Assembly: GCA_028286645.1 (NCBI GenBank)
Contig: JAQBRF010000002.1
Span: 58,518 to 122,517 of the forward strand
DNA: 64,000 bases
Reading direction: 5' to 3'
From: Candidatus Nomurabacteria bacterium
Lineage (GTDB): Bacteria; Patescibacteriota; Minisyncoccia; Phycocordibacterales; UBA5272
The translations under genes were made by a program, and so were the position numbers. Below the pieces are notes generated by a model that saw only the letters and a list, made by a program, of their open reading frames with translations, was not told where the DNA came from and did not search any database. The first letter of the stretch is position 1. Each line of letters opens with the position of its first letter. Positions 36,707 through 46,375 of this stretch are shown here, in pieces.

Positions 36707-39052
36707 TTATAACGCTTGTAGATTCGCCCCAATAGTCCTAGACACCTTTAATGGTAAATCTGAGAGCTTTCTTTTTGATAAAACCTTTTCTAAAACTTTT
36801 ACCAATTCATCCGCTACATCTTCACAAATATGCTTATCAATTTCAAAAACTAGTTCATCATGAATCTGCATGACGAGCTTTACCTTATCCCCTAATTTCT
36901 TTTCCTCCACATATTCATTTGCATCAATCATGGCGAGCTTAAGAATGTCCGCCGCCGTCCCCTGCATCGGAGCATTAATGGCGATCCTTTCTCCTTGCGC
37001 ACGAAGAAAGGGAAGAGGGCTTTTAAGCAGCGGAACTTCTCGTCTTCTGCCAAGCAAAGTTTCTGTGTAGCCCAACTTAAAAGTAGATGCTTTTACTTCT
37101 TCTAGATAATCCATAAGGCGTGAGAAAGTTTTCTTATATTGATCATAAAACTCCTGGGCTTCTTTTCTTTCCACTTTCATATTTTCTTTTAAAGCCGTAA
37201 CTCCCATGCCATAAAGTATCCCGAAGTTAATCGCCTTTGCCTTTCTTCTCATATCATCCGTTACTTCGCTTTCTTTTACACCAAAGACTCTAGCCGCAGT
37301 TCCAGCATGTACATCAGTTTTACTCTTAAATATTTCTACGAGATTTTTGTCTCCCGAAAGGATAGCGGCGGCACGCAAATCTATTTGTGAGTAATCACAT
37401 GAAAGCAAAACATTCCCCTTGCTCGCCACGAAAGACTCTCGCACCTTTTGGCCTAGTTCGCTTTTAATGGGAAGATTCTGCAGATTCGGATCTTCACAGG
37501 CAAAGCGCCCGGTGCTTGCTCCTGTTTGAATAAAATGCGCATGAATCTTTCCGTCTGCCTTAACATATTGAGGAAGCGTATCAATATAGGTAGAAAGAAG
37601 TTTAGTCATTTCTCTATATTCAAATATCATAGGCACGACAATGTGCTCATCTTTTATCTTCTCAAGCTCTTTAGCATTAGTACTTGCAGCCCCTGACTTA
37701 GTCTTCTTGATCTTTGTTCCTAAATTTAATTTCTCAAATAAAATCACGCCAAGCTGCTTCGGAGAAGAAATATTAAACTCTTCTCCCACACACTTGAATA
37801 TCTTTTTTTCTAATTCCTTTACTCGTATGTGGAGCTCTATACTTAATTTATTTAACTTTACTACGTCAAGGGCAATGCCATTTTTTTCCATTTCGCGAAG
37901 CCTGTACATAATAGGCTTTTCTACTCCGACAAAAAGATCCCACAACTTTTCTTTCTGGAGTTCAGCTTCCAAAAAGCTTTTCATTTCTTCCGCTGTTTTC
38001 TTTCCGGTAATAATCTGCATATCTTCCATGGTTGGATTCGTAGATTCACTATGAAGAAGATTCGTCATGATTTTTAATTCTTCAAGCATTTCCCCTTCTA
38101 TTTCTTCTATTGGCTCTGTTACTTCTGCAAGCGCATCCTTTACTCCTATCTTCTGCAGTCTTCCTCGGAGCGATCTAAATTCATATAAGTCGCACATCTT
38201 TTGATAATTTTCAATGCTTAGACTTTCAAGCCAAGAGTTTTCCGGTTCTTGGTATTTAATCGGCACATCTCTTATTATCGTTGCGAGGGTCTTAGAGAAT
38301 AGCGCCTCTTCTTCCCCTTCTTCAAGAAGCTTCACCACACGTTCTTTAAATCCATCATCAAGGAGCCTTTGCCGATTCTTTTTTAAAACTTTATAAATAT
38401 CTTCTATCTTCCCGTATTTCTTTATTAATTCCGTTGCGGTTTTATCCCCGATTCCAGAAATACCGATGATATTATCAGACGGATCACCAGCAAGCCCTTT
38501 ATAGTCAGGAATCATCGCAGGACCAAATCCATATCTTTCTTTTACCCCTTCTTCATTAAAGAGAGCCGTTTCGTTTCCTTTTCTTAATGTATAAACCGTC
38601 ACGCATTCTCTGTCGATTAACTGAAATGTATCCATGTCGCCAGACGCGATAATAATTCTTGTATTCTTCTGCGTCTTTAATTGCTCTGCGATTGTCCCAA
38701 GCAAATCATCAGCCTCGAATCCTTCACAAATATAAACTGGAATAGAAAGCGCTTCGCAAAGTTTATATGCTTCTTGAATCTGACTAATTAGCGCGTCATC
38801 TGTTTTTGCCCTGCCTTGCTTGTATCCCTCGTAGCTTGTATGGCGAAATGTCGGTTTAGGCAAGTCAAAACAAGCCGCGATGTAATCAGGTTTAATATCT
38901 TCATAGATTTTCAAAACCATGGTGATGAATCCATAAAGAGCACCAGTCGGCCTTCCATCTCGGGTGCTAAATCCTGCCATTGCATGAAATCCGCGATGAA
39001 GTATCGCATGGGCATCAAGTAAAACTATTGTTTTTTTAGTGCTTTTCTTCAT
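36707..39052 (-). CDS. polA: DNA polymerase I (5'-3' exonuclease plus polymerase; proofreading domain largely absent)
   Basis: EADD, GDPSDNI.G, PNLQN, DYSQI, AKAINFG..YG, QIHDEL. Confidence 0.96.
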   Translation of the reverse strand: MKKSTKKTIVLLDAHAILHRGFHAMAGFSTRDGRPTGALYGFITMVLKIYEDIKPDYIAACFDLPKPTFRHTSYEGYKQGRAKTDDALISQIQEAYKLCEALSIPVYICEGFEADDLLGTIAEQLKTQKNTRIIIASGDMDTFQLIDRECVTVYTLRKGNETALFNEEGVKERYGFGPAMIPDYKGLAGDPSDNIIGISGIGDKTATELIKKYGKIEDIYKVLKKNRQRLLDDGFKERVVKLLEEGEEEALFSKTLATIIRDVPIKYQEPENSWLESLSIENYQKMCDLYEFRSLRGRLQKIGVKDALAEVTEPIEEIEGEMLEELKIMTNLLHSESTNPTMEDMQIITGKKTAEEMKSFLEAELQKEKLWDLFVGVEKPIMYRLREMEKNGIALDVVKLNKLSIELHIRVKELEKKIFKCVGEEFNISSPKQLGVILFEKLNLGTKIKKTKSGAASTNAKELEKIKDEHIVVPMIFEYREMTKLLSTYIDTLPQYVKADGKIHAHFIQTGASTGRFACEDPNLQNLPIKSELGQKVRESFVASKGNVLLSCDYSQIDLRAAAILSGDKNLVEIFKSKTDVHAGTAARVFGVKESEVTDDMRRKAKAINFGILYGMGVTALKENMKVERKEAQEFYDQYKKTFSRLMDYLEEVKASTFKLGYTETLLGRRREVPLLKSPLPFLRAQGERIAINAPMQGTAADILKLAMIDANEYVEEKKLGDKVKLVMQIHDELVFEIDKHICEDVADELVKVLEKVLSKRKLSDLPLKVSRTIGANLQAL

Positions 39053-39501
39053 ATATCTTTTTCAAATGTTAAAACTACTTCACGAGTATCATCATCAATT
39101 AAATTAAAAACAAGCTCAATATCTCCTTTTACATACTGCATTTTATCCGGCCACTCAATGCTAAGAAGATTCCCATCAGTTTCCAAATCTTCTGACAGTC
39201 TCAATACTTTCGCTTCACTTGGATGATTAAATCTATATGCATCGACATGGATTAATTTTTTATGAATTGGATTTTGAGTAAGATATTCTTTCTTTAAAAT
39301 AAAAGTAGGACTATGGATATCGTCTTTTTCCACTCCTAATATTTCTCCCAACTCTTTCGTAAAGGTAGTTTTCCCTGCCCCCATCTCCCCTTGTAAAAGG
39401 ATCACCTTCGCTCCTTTTTTATCTACATGAGATAAGAGGGTTACGACTCTTTCTGCAAGAGCCGGCATATCTTCCACCCGCACAACGTGAGTCTCTGTCA
39501 T
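39049..39501 (-). CDS. tsaE: tRNA t6A biosynthesis ATPase TsaE
   Basis: GEMGAGKTTF, SPTF, HVDAYR, IEWP. Confidence 0.93.
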   Translation of the reverse strand: MTETHVVRVEDMPALAERVVTLLSHVDKKGAKVILLQGEMGAGKTTFTKELGEILGVEKDDIHSPTFILKKEYLTQNPIHKKLIHVDAYRFNHPSEAKVLRLSEDLETDGNLLSIEWPDKMQYVKGDIELVFNLIDDDTREVVLTFEKDI

Positions 39502-39637
39502 AAAGAACAGTCTACAGTTTTCAGTCGGCAGTTTCCAGTAGCAAAACAGCCCCATCGGGGCTGTTTTGCTTTTGCTAATGACTATTGACCATTAACTATT
39601 TGACTATATTCTGGCTCACATAAGGCGCTAAGCTTTT

Positions 39638-41755
39638 TTACACGAGTGACTTTTTGTCATCTTTGTAAGAAGCATATACGCTCTTAGCAAGAATGAAGAT
39701 AATGAATACTATCGCTATTAAAGCTAACCATTCAATGAGAGTGTCTGGAAGGAAACTTAATCCGCTTCCTCCTCCGATAACTTTCTTCGCTCCTGTATCT
39801 GTCGTAGCTGAAGTTGCTGGAGTCGCAATTGATCCTACGACATATGCTGTTACTTCGTCTTGAGTGTTTGACCCAGGGACTGTGTAGTTAACATATGATG
39901 TTGTAACAATTGATTTTCCTATCGGAGCATTTTTTGTAACCTTTCCTGTCCAAGTAAGTGTTCCTGTACTTCCGGCTTCTATTGAATCTAGATTAAGCGT
40001 TAATGTATGTGTCGCTATATCGTATGATCCGGCTGAAGTTGAAGTGAATTCAATTTCTTGCGGAATTGTTACTTTAATGATAACTCCGTTTACTTTTACG
40101 TCTGAAAGATTCTTATAAGTTAGTTTATATGTAACCGTTGATTCAGAACTTAGATTTCCAGATACTTTTTCTAATTGTAGAGAAACAAGTTTCTCTCCAT
40201 TTTGAAGCATTGTTGCAGAACTTTGGCTTGTTGTAGTTACGATTGAACCATCCACACAAACCACTTCGTTCTTTTTCACAACTGGCTTTTTCGCGATAGT
40301 CTTTGTTACTGTTACTGGTTTTACATATGTTACGGCCTTGCTCTTAGTTACGAAGCTTACGATTTCACCCTTAACTAGTCCATACTGATTTTGCATAACT
40401 GCTCTACAGTAGTATTTAGTTGCTGGCTTAAGGTTTGCTAGAACGTTTGAGAAGTTTACAGTTGAAGCTGATCCGATCTGAGCTGACGCTGTTGTGCGTC
40501 CTAGATTGGCAGTTTCACCGTATTCAAACCATCCAGTTGACTGTGCGCCATTAGCGATTAATCCTATTCCATTACATCTTGCTGAGTTGATAGTAACTTC
40601 TGTTACAACGCTTGTTACGACGTTATTGAACTTAACTACTGGAGGAGGAATTACTACTGGAGCTTGTGGACACTGTTGGTATACAGGAATACTTGTTCCG
40701 TTTGGACAGAACTTGAACTGTTGAGCACAAGTCTGTGTTGCAGGAATCCGCGATCCATCCCAACATGTCTGGTAAGTAATAACTGGAGGGTTAATGATTT
40801 GCTGACAAACTCCATTTACAAAGTTTGTATTTGAGGGACACTGAGTAACTGTAGTTACTGGAAGTGTGGTTGTACGTACACAAGATCCATTTATAGGAGC
40901 CTGTCCATCAGCACAAATTGTATTTGTAACTACTGGAATTGTATTTGTACGAGTACATGATCCATTGACTGGAAAACTTCCATCTGAACAACGAGTAGTC
41001 GTTACAGTGGGAATAGTAGTAATGATCGGAGTAGTTGGAGTAGTAATTACAGTAGGAGTGGTTATAATAGACGGAGTTGTATAACCTGTCCATGAAGTTG
41101 TCGGATAAACAACTGATGGAGTTGAAGTATAAACTGATCCATATGAAGTTCCGTATCCTGTAGAACCGTATGCTGTGGTTCCATATCCTATAGCTCCGTA
41201 AGTTGTGGGGTATGAAGAATAACTAGGAGTATAAACACCGCTCGGCATATAAACCCCGTTAGGATAACTAGTTGTTGTATTCCATGTTCCTATATCATAG
41301 GATCCAGTAGGAGATACAGTAGTGGAATTCCATGTTCCAGAGTCATACGAAGGCACGTTGGTATTCCAACTTCCAGTGTCATACGAAGGCACGTTAGTGT
41401 TCCAAGAACCTGTATCATAACTAGGCACGTTGGTATTCCAACTTCCTGTATCGTATGATGGTACGTTGGTATTCCAACTTCCAGTGTCATACGAAGGCAC
41501 GTTGGTATTCCAACTTCCTGTATCGTATGATGGTACGTTGGTATTCCAACTTCCTGTATCGTATGATGGTACGTTGGTATTCCAACTTCCTGTATCGTAT
41601 GATGGTACGTTGGTATTCCAACTTCCAGTGTCATACGAAGGCACGTTAGTGTTCCAAGAACCTGTATCATCCATACCGTCCGCAAATGCGAAAAGTGTAG
41701 ATTGCTGAATAGCGATAACTAGAAACAGTGTGATAATTTTTTTTGTTGTTTTCAT
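39638..41755 (-). CDS. Large surface protein: signal peptide, 12-aa tandem repeats, Cys-rich CxDG repeats, Fn3-like and DUF11-like domains, C-terminal TM
   Basis: Start at MKTTKK; (Y)DTGSWNTNVPS x9; WFEYG..LKPATKYY; YKLTYKN..VTIP. Confidence 0.8.
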   Translation of the reverse strand: MKTTKKIITLFLVIAIQQSTLFAFADGMDDTGSWNTNVPSYDTGSWNTNVPSYDTGSWNTNVPSYDTGSWNTNVPSYDTGSWNTNVPSYDTGSWNTNVPSYDTGSWNTNVPSYDTGSWNTNVPSYDTGSWNTNVPSYDSGTWNSTTVSPTGSYDIGTWNTTTSYPNGVYMPSGVYTPSYSSYPTTYGAIGYGTTAYGSTGYGTSYGSVYTSTPSVVYPTTSWTGYTTPSIITTPTVITTPTTPIITTIPTVTTTRCSDGSFPVNGSCTRTNTIPVVTNTICADGQAPINGSCVRTTTLPVTTVTQCPSNTNFVNGVCQQIINPPVITYQTCWDGSRIPATQTCAQQFKFCPNGTSIPVYQQCPQAPVVIPPPVVKFNNVVTSVVTEVTINSARCNGIGLIANGAQSTGWFEYGETANLGRTTASAQIGSASTVNFSNVLANLKPATKYYCRAVMQNQYGLVKGEIVSFVTKSKAVTYVKPVTVTKTIAKKPVVKKNEVVCVDGSIVTTTSQSSATMLQNGEKLVSLQLEKVSGNLSSESTVTYKLTYKNLSDVKVNGVIIKVTIPQEIEFTSTSAGSYDIATHTLTLNLDSIEAGSTGTLTWTGKVTKNAPIGKSIVTTSYVNYTVPGSNTQDEVTAYVVGSIATPATSATTDTGAKKVIGGGSGLSFLPDTLIEWLALIAIVFIIFILAKSVYASYKDDKKSLV
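41345..41670. repeat. Coding tandem repeat, 9 x 36 bp
   Basis: ttccaa recurs every 36 nt from 41364 to 41652; only synonymous variation. Confidence 0.95.
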
Positions 41756-41891
41756 ACCTTTATATAATTTATTAGGTGTAAGTATTATATCACGAAAGAA
41801 ATAAAAAGTCAAGGGGCAAAAGAAAACCGCCCTGGGGGGCGGTCTGGGGGTCGAACCTCGGGAGAGGCTCAGAGGGGTGTGGGCGCTTCGG

Positions 41892-42692
41892 TTACTTTAC
41901 CGCGCCGATGTGCTTGTAGGTGCTCTTGTCGTCGATGCCTTGCTTGGCGGCGACGCGGAACGACCACTGTTGCTCCGTCTCACCGTTGTTCGGCGCGACG
42001 ATCTCCACATCCGAGCAGTTCGCGGGTTTGCCGCTGATCTGCTTGGTTGCGTAGCAGTGCATCGGGCTTTGCGCCGACGAGTTCGGGTGGTACCAGCCCC
42101 AGAAGGTGCTGGCGTTCGCCGGAAACGACGGAAGCGGAGCCGAGCTCGAAGCAGTCCTTGCGGGCTGCACTGCCGGCGGAGATGCCGGACGATTACCGTG
42201 GGTCACGGTGGGGCGTTTGCACCCGAGAACCGCGGCACAGATGGCGTCAGACGTCATCTGTTGCTGCGGAGTGGAAGCCTTGAGCGCGAGCGCGTTCACG
42301 CTTCCTTGAAGGCCTTCAAGTGAGGCCTTGGTCGCGTCGGCGGTTTTCACCGCGGCTTCCGCTTGTTTTTTCGCGGTCGTCGCGTTGCTGTCCACGGCCT
42401 TGAACTCGTCGCTCGCGAGGGCCAGTGTTTTGGCTTTCTCGGTGACGCCTGCGACGGCGTTGTCGAAATTGCTATTGCTGGGCGTCGTGAACGCCAGGAG
42501 GATCGCGAGGATCATTGCGCCTACGCCGGCCGCGATCGCCAGATTCGCGCGAGTGTGGTCCGGGGAGGGAGCCAGATCTGAGGCGGCGTAGATCTTGCCG
42601 TCGTGGCCTTGAACGAAGACGCGCGTGTCTCCGGCCGCAACCATCTTAGTCACTTCTGCGTCGGTAAAGCCTTTCGGTTGGCGATTAGCCAT
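41892..42692 (-). CDS. GC-rich membrane-anchored protein with a shared C-terminal Cys/Trp domain
   Basis: SD GAGGTG, TTGACA-16-TATACT promoter, TM, coiled coil. Confidence 0.7.
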   Translation of the reverse strand: MANRQPKGFTDAEVTKMVAAGDTRVFVQGHDGKIYAASDLAPSPDHTRANLAIAAGVGAMILAILLAFTTPSNSNFDNAVAGVTEKAKTLALASDEFKAVDSNATTAKKQAEAAVKTADATKASLEGLQGSVNALALKASTPQQQMTSDAICAAVLGCKRPTVTHGNRPASPPAVQPARTASSSAPLPSFPANASTFWGWYHPNSSAQSPMHCYATKQISGKPANCSDVEIVAPNNGETEQQWSFRVAAKQGIDDKSTYKHIGAVK

Positions 42693-42880
42693 GGTTCACC
42701 TCTTAGGTTATGTGGTGGAACTCTGATAAGCGTTTGGAAATCCATTCGCTCGTTAATATGTAGTATACACTATTAAAAAGAATTGTCAAGTGATATATGA
42801 AATAAAAATAGTATAAAAAAGCCCTCCACTGTGGAGGGCTTCGACCAGGATTGGTCTGATGTGCGGAGGATCCGCTGGCG

Positions 42881-43909
42881 TTAGAGCTTTTCGGCTCTGA
42901 GCGCCCACTGATCACGCGTTTCGCCGGCGACCGGCGCGAGAACTTTCATCTCCGAGCAGAACGGCGGGTTGGGCGCATTGATCAGCTTTTCGACGACACA
43001 TGCCATCGGGTTCTGGGAGGTTGCCTTTCCCGGCTTCCATTTCCAGAGATCGACACCGTTTTCCGCCGGACGCGCCGCCGGAACGACAGTTCGCGTTACG
43101 CTCGCCGAGGAGGTTTGCGTTGCGGTCGATCCGCTTTGTGTCGTGACCACAGATGACGAGGTGGCAACTGCGCCTTCGACGAGCTCGGGTTTTACCGTAA
43201 GCCTGTCGCAGGTCGGCTTGTCTTTCACATATGCGACGACCCCTTGGGTGGGGAAGCTGCACGGGCTGAGACTTGCCGGCACGGTTTGGCGTTGCACCGT
43301 CGTGCGTTGCTGCGAAAACTCGCTGCCACCCAGCTGAACGGGCATATTGCCACCGTTTTCGCTGATGTTCGCGGGAAACGTCGCTGCGGGACGCATCGGG
43401 ATCGAGGTCTGAATGATCCGACCTTCGTCGCCATCGTTGACGATATACGGATCGCACCCGTAGGTGAGACCGTATGCAACTCCTACAGCGCCGCCGATTT
43501 TCGCACCGTCGACGAACTTGTGACGGGTGAATTTGGCGACCACTCCTCCGAAGAGGGCGGCTGCGGCACCGTCGACGAGCCCCGTCATTCCGCGATCCGA
43601 AAGCGAGCAGCGAACGCGTCGTCCGCCCATGTTCGCGGTAAACGGCTGACCGTACTGCACACCTTGCGGCATGAAGTAAGTCTGATTGCCGTACGCGAAC
43701 ACCGGCTGGTTCCCGATCATCGGAACAGCGTAGGATTGACCTGCGGAGCACGCGAGGTGTCCTTGCGGGCAATTCCACTGGCCGTTGACGAGAATGTTGG
43801 GTGCCGAACCTTGCTGTTGTCCCGTCATGGTCGGAACGACCATTTGGGCTTGCGTCCCGAAGGACGCGGCGGCGAGGGCAACTGCGAAAAGCGTGTTGAG
43901 CTTGTTCAT
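42881..43909 (-). CDS. GC-rich secreted protein with a glycine-zipper-like segment and the shared C-terminal domain
   Basis: Signal peptide MNKLNTLFAVALAAASFGTQA; SD AGGAG; TTGACA-16-TATACT promoter. Confidence 0.7.
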   Translation of the reverse strand: MNKLNTLFAVALAAASFGTQAQMVVPTMTGQQQGSAPNILVNGQWNCPQGHLACSAGQSYAVPMIGNQPVFAYGNQTYFMPQGVQYGQPFTANMGGRRVRCSLSDRGMTGLVDGAAAALFGGVVAKFTRHKFVDGAKIGGAVGVAYGLTYGCDPYIVNDGDEGRIIQTSIPMRPAATFPANISENGGNMPVQLGGSEFSQQRTTVQRQTVPASLSPCSFPTQGVVAYVKDKPTCDRLTVKPELVEGAVATSSSVVTTQSGSTATQTSSASVTRTVVPAARPAENGVDLWKWKPGKATSQNPMACVVEKLINAPNPPFCSEMKVLAPVAGETRDQWALRAEKL

Positions 43910-44319
43910 GCGGTTCTCCTGAATTGACTTGGTACGGGGTCTTGTAGACGGACCAAAGGTCAATCTATCAAGGTATGAGTACAGTATACACTATTCACAG
44001 GATTTGTCAAGGGCACTTGATTAAAAGTATTCAGATAGGATGGCCTACCAGAAAGGGCCAGAATAGGTTGATAAATAAGGATTATTTGTGTCCTTTATGT
44101 GTAAACCAGTCCCCTAAAAGCTAATTTCTCGAGTCTAAACAATAATAAGGAGGATTGGGAGTATTTCTTTACTTTCGTTCTGCCTTCTTTCTTTAAATTA
44201 TTTAAATTCTGTTTAGTTTTTAATATTTCGGGTTTAGTTTTGATCTATTTATAAATTTAACTTAAAAACAAATCCTTCTCCCCTACACGCTATACGCTAC
44301 ACGCTATATACTGTTTTTT

Positions 44320-46020
44320 ATGGCTATTACATTTGATGACGCGGTACAAAATCATGAGTTGGAAGACTTACGCAAAAACGAAGAGGAGGAATTAGTAAAA
44401 ATTCTTTCAGATAAATACGGACTTCCGTATATTGACCTGCGCGGGCTGGCTCCGGAACCAGACGCTATGCAAGTAATAAAAGAAGAAGACGCCAGAGAAG
44501 TGGGGCTCGCGCCTTTTAAAATAGTTGGCAGGAAACTTTATATAGCCACAATCTCCCCGGGAAATCCAAGAATGGAGGAGCTTCTTCGTCCACTAGAAAC
44601 CAGAGGAACTGAATTAATTTTATTTCTTTGTTCTCACGCATCACTTAACCATGTGCTTTCTAGATATGTGGATTTAAATAAAGGATCAAAAGTAGAAAGC
44701 GGAATGCTTGAGCTTACGAAAGAAAAAATCCACGGGCTCATGGAAAAGTTTAATGACGTTGATGAATTAAAAAAAACCTTTGACGAAATATCACATTCCC
44801 AGGTTCTATATAAAACCACAAGAATTATAGAAGTCATAATCGCCGGAGCGCTTAAATTCGACGCGAGCGATATACATATAGAACCAGAAGAAGACAAGGT
44901 AAGATTGAGATATAGATTAAATGGAAATTTGATCGACATAACTTTCTTTGATTACGAGCTGTTAAAAAACATCACGAGCAGATTAAAGCTTTTGTCCGGT
45001 CTTAAGCTCTCAACATCTGCTAACGCACAAGATGGAAGATTTAGCATCGACTTAGATGAGGTAGAGGTGGAAGTGCGCGTGTCTGTAATACCTTCAAACT
45101 ATGGAGAAGGATTTGTGATGAGATTGCTTGACCCAAGGCACTCTGTGACAGATTTAAACAACATCGCATTTTCTCCAAAACTCCGCGCTCTTGTAGAATA
45201 TTCGCTTAGCAAGCCAAACGGAGTTATTCTTACAACCGGCCCGACAGGGTCCGGTAAGACTACCACTTTATATGCGTTTTTACACAAGATGTATAACCCT
45301 GAATTAAAAGTAATTACAATTGAGGACCCGGTAGAATACCATCTGGAAGGAATTACTCAAACTCAAGTAGAGGAAGAAAAAGGATATACATTCGTTGCTG
45401 GATTACGAGCCGCACTTCGTCAAGATCCTGACATAATAATGGTGGGAGAAATCCGAGACACAGACACAGCAAAAGTCGCGATCAATGCTGCGCTCACGGG
45501 GCATTTAGTTTTCTCAACACTTCACACCAATACCGCCGCTGGAACTATACCGCGATTAATCGACTTAGGAGTAAACCCAAAAGTTATCGCTTCTGCCCTA
45601 TCGCTCGCCCTTGCTCAAAGACTCGTAAGAAGCCTTTGCAATGAATGCAAGCAAGAATATGAAAGCAGTGAAAAAGAGTCCCGTGTAATTACGAATGTTT
45701 TAGGAGAAATGAAAATAGCAGGAAAAGAGGAGTCCATGATGGGACACACCCCTCTTGTTACTTATAAATTATTTAAACCTGTGGGCTGCAGCAAATGTGG
45801 AGGAACTGGATATTCTACTCGAATAGGAATATTTGAAGCGATTAGCATGAATGCGGATATTGAAAAGATTTTAATCACGAATCCTAGTGAAAGAGAAATA
45901 CGGGAAGTTTCTAAAAACCAAGGAATCCCAACGCTTAAGGAGGATGGTATAATTAAGATGCTCGAGGGACTTACTTCGTTTGAGGAATTGGGCAAGACAA
46001 TTGATCTTTTCGGAGAATAA
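44320..46020 (+). CDS. PilB/GspE-type pilus assembly ATPase
   Basis: ASDIHIEP, QDGRF, TGPTGSGKTTT, LRQDPD, GHLVFSTLHTN. Confidence 0.93.
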   Translation: MAITFDDAVQNHELEDLRKNEEEELVKILSDKYGLPYIDLRGLAPEPDAMQVIKEEDAREVGLAPFKIVGRKLYIATISPGNPRMEELLRPLETRGTELILFLCSHASLNHVLSRYVDLNKGSKVESGMLELTKEKIHGLMEKFNDVDELKKTFDEISHSQVLYKTTRIIEVIIAGALKFDASDIHIEPEEDKVRLRYRLNGNLIDITFFDYELLKNITSRLKLLSGLKLSTSANAQDGRFSIDLDEVEVEVRVSVIPSNYGEGFVMRLLDPRHSVTDLNNIAFSPKLRALVEYSLSKPNGVILTTGPTGSGKTTTLYAFLHKMYNPELKVITIEDPVEYHLEGITQTQVEEEKGYTFVAGLRAALRQDPDIIMVGEIRDTDTAKVAINAALTGHLVFSTLHTNTAAGTIPRLIDLGVNPKVIASALSLALAQRLVRSLCNECKQEYESSEKESRVITNVLGEMKIAGKEESMMGHTPLVTYKLFKPVGCSKCGGTGYSTRIGIFEAISMNADIEKILITNPSEREIREVSKNQGIPTLKEDGIIKMLEGLTSFEELGKTIDLFGE

Positions 46021-46061
46021 TCAGAACTAGATAATAGATGTTAGACATTAGATTTTAGACA

Positions 46062-46354
46062 AAACAAAAACCCTTTCGGGTTTTGGTTTAAAATCTACCG
46101 TATATATAAATCTAGCAGATAATTGAAAGCCCATAGACCTCTAAGCAACCCCTTGGTGAAGAACGATCCTTCATGAGGATAGGCACAGTACGTGACAAGC
46201 ACGACCAGACCGTCCTTAGAAATAGAAAGTGGGAAGAAACTTCCCGATTGTCTTAGAGATATATAGGTTTTCAATGAAGTGAAAAATAAAACACTAACTT
46301 ATTAGTGTCACCTTTCACCTCACACAATTATATCACATAAAATACTTTTGTCAA
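46062..46354 (-). ncRNA. Candidate rod-like ncRNA (6S-like) with its own sigma70 promoter and terminator
   Basis: TTGACA(46354-46349)-16-TATAAT(46332-46327); about 27-bp closing stem 46122-46148/46248-46275; inner stem; hairpin at ~46063-46089; no credible ORF. Confidence 0.5.
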
Positions 46355-46375
46355 ATCCCAAATCTCTATCAATTT

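Noticed and set aside
41345-41670. 36-bp repeats as a CRISPR array
   Set aside because: The repeats are contiguous with no spacers, are in-frame in a protein with synonymous variation, and no cas genes are present.
41877-43927. Long overlapping alternative-frame ORFs (e.g. 42912-43778, 43244-43927, 41877-42323)
   Set aside because: Expected in GC-rich DNA with few stops; the chosen frames have SD, promoter, signal peptides and mutual homology.
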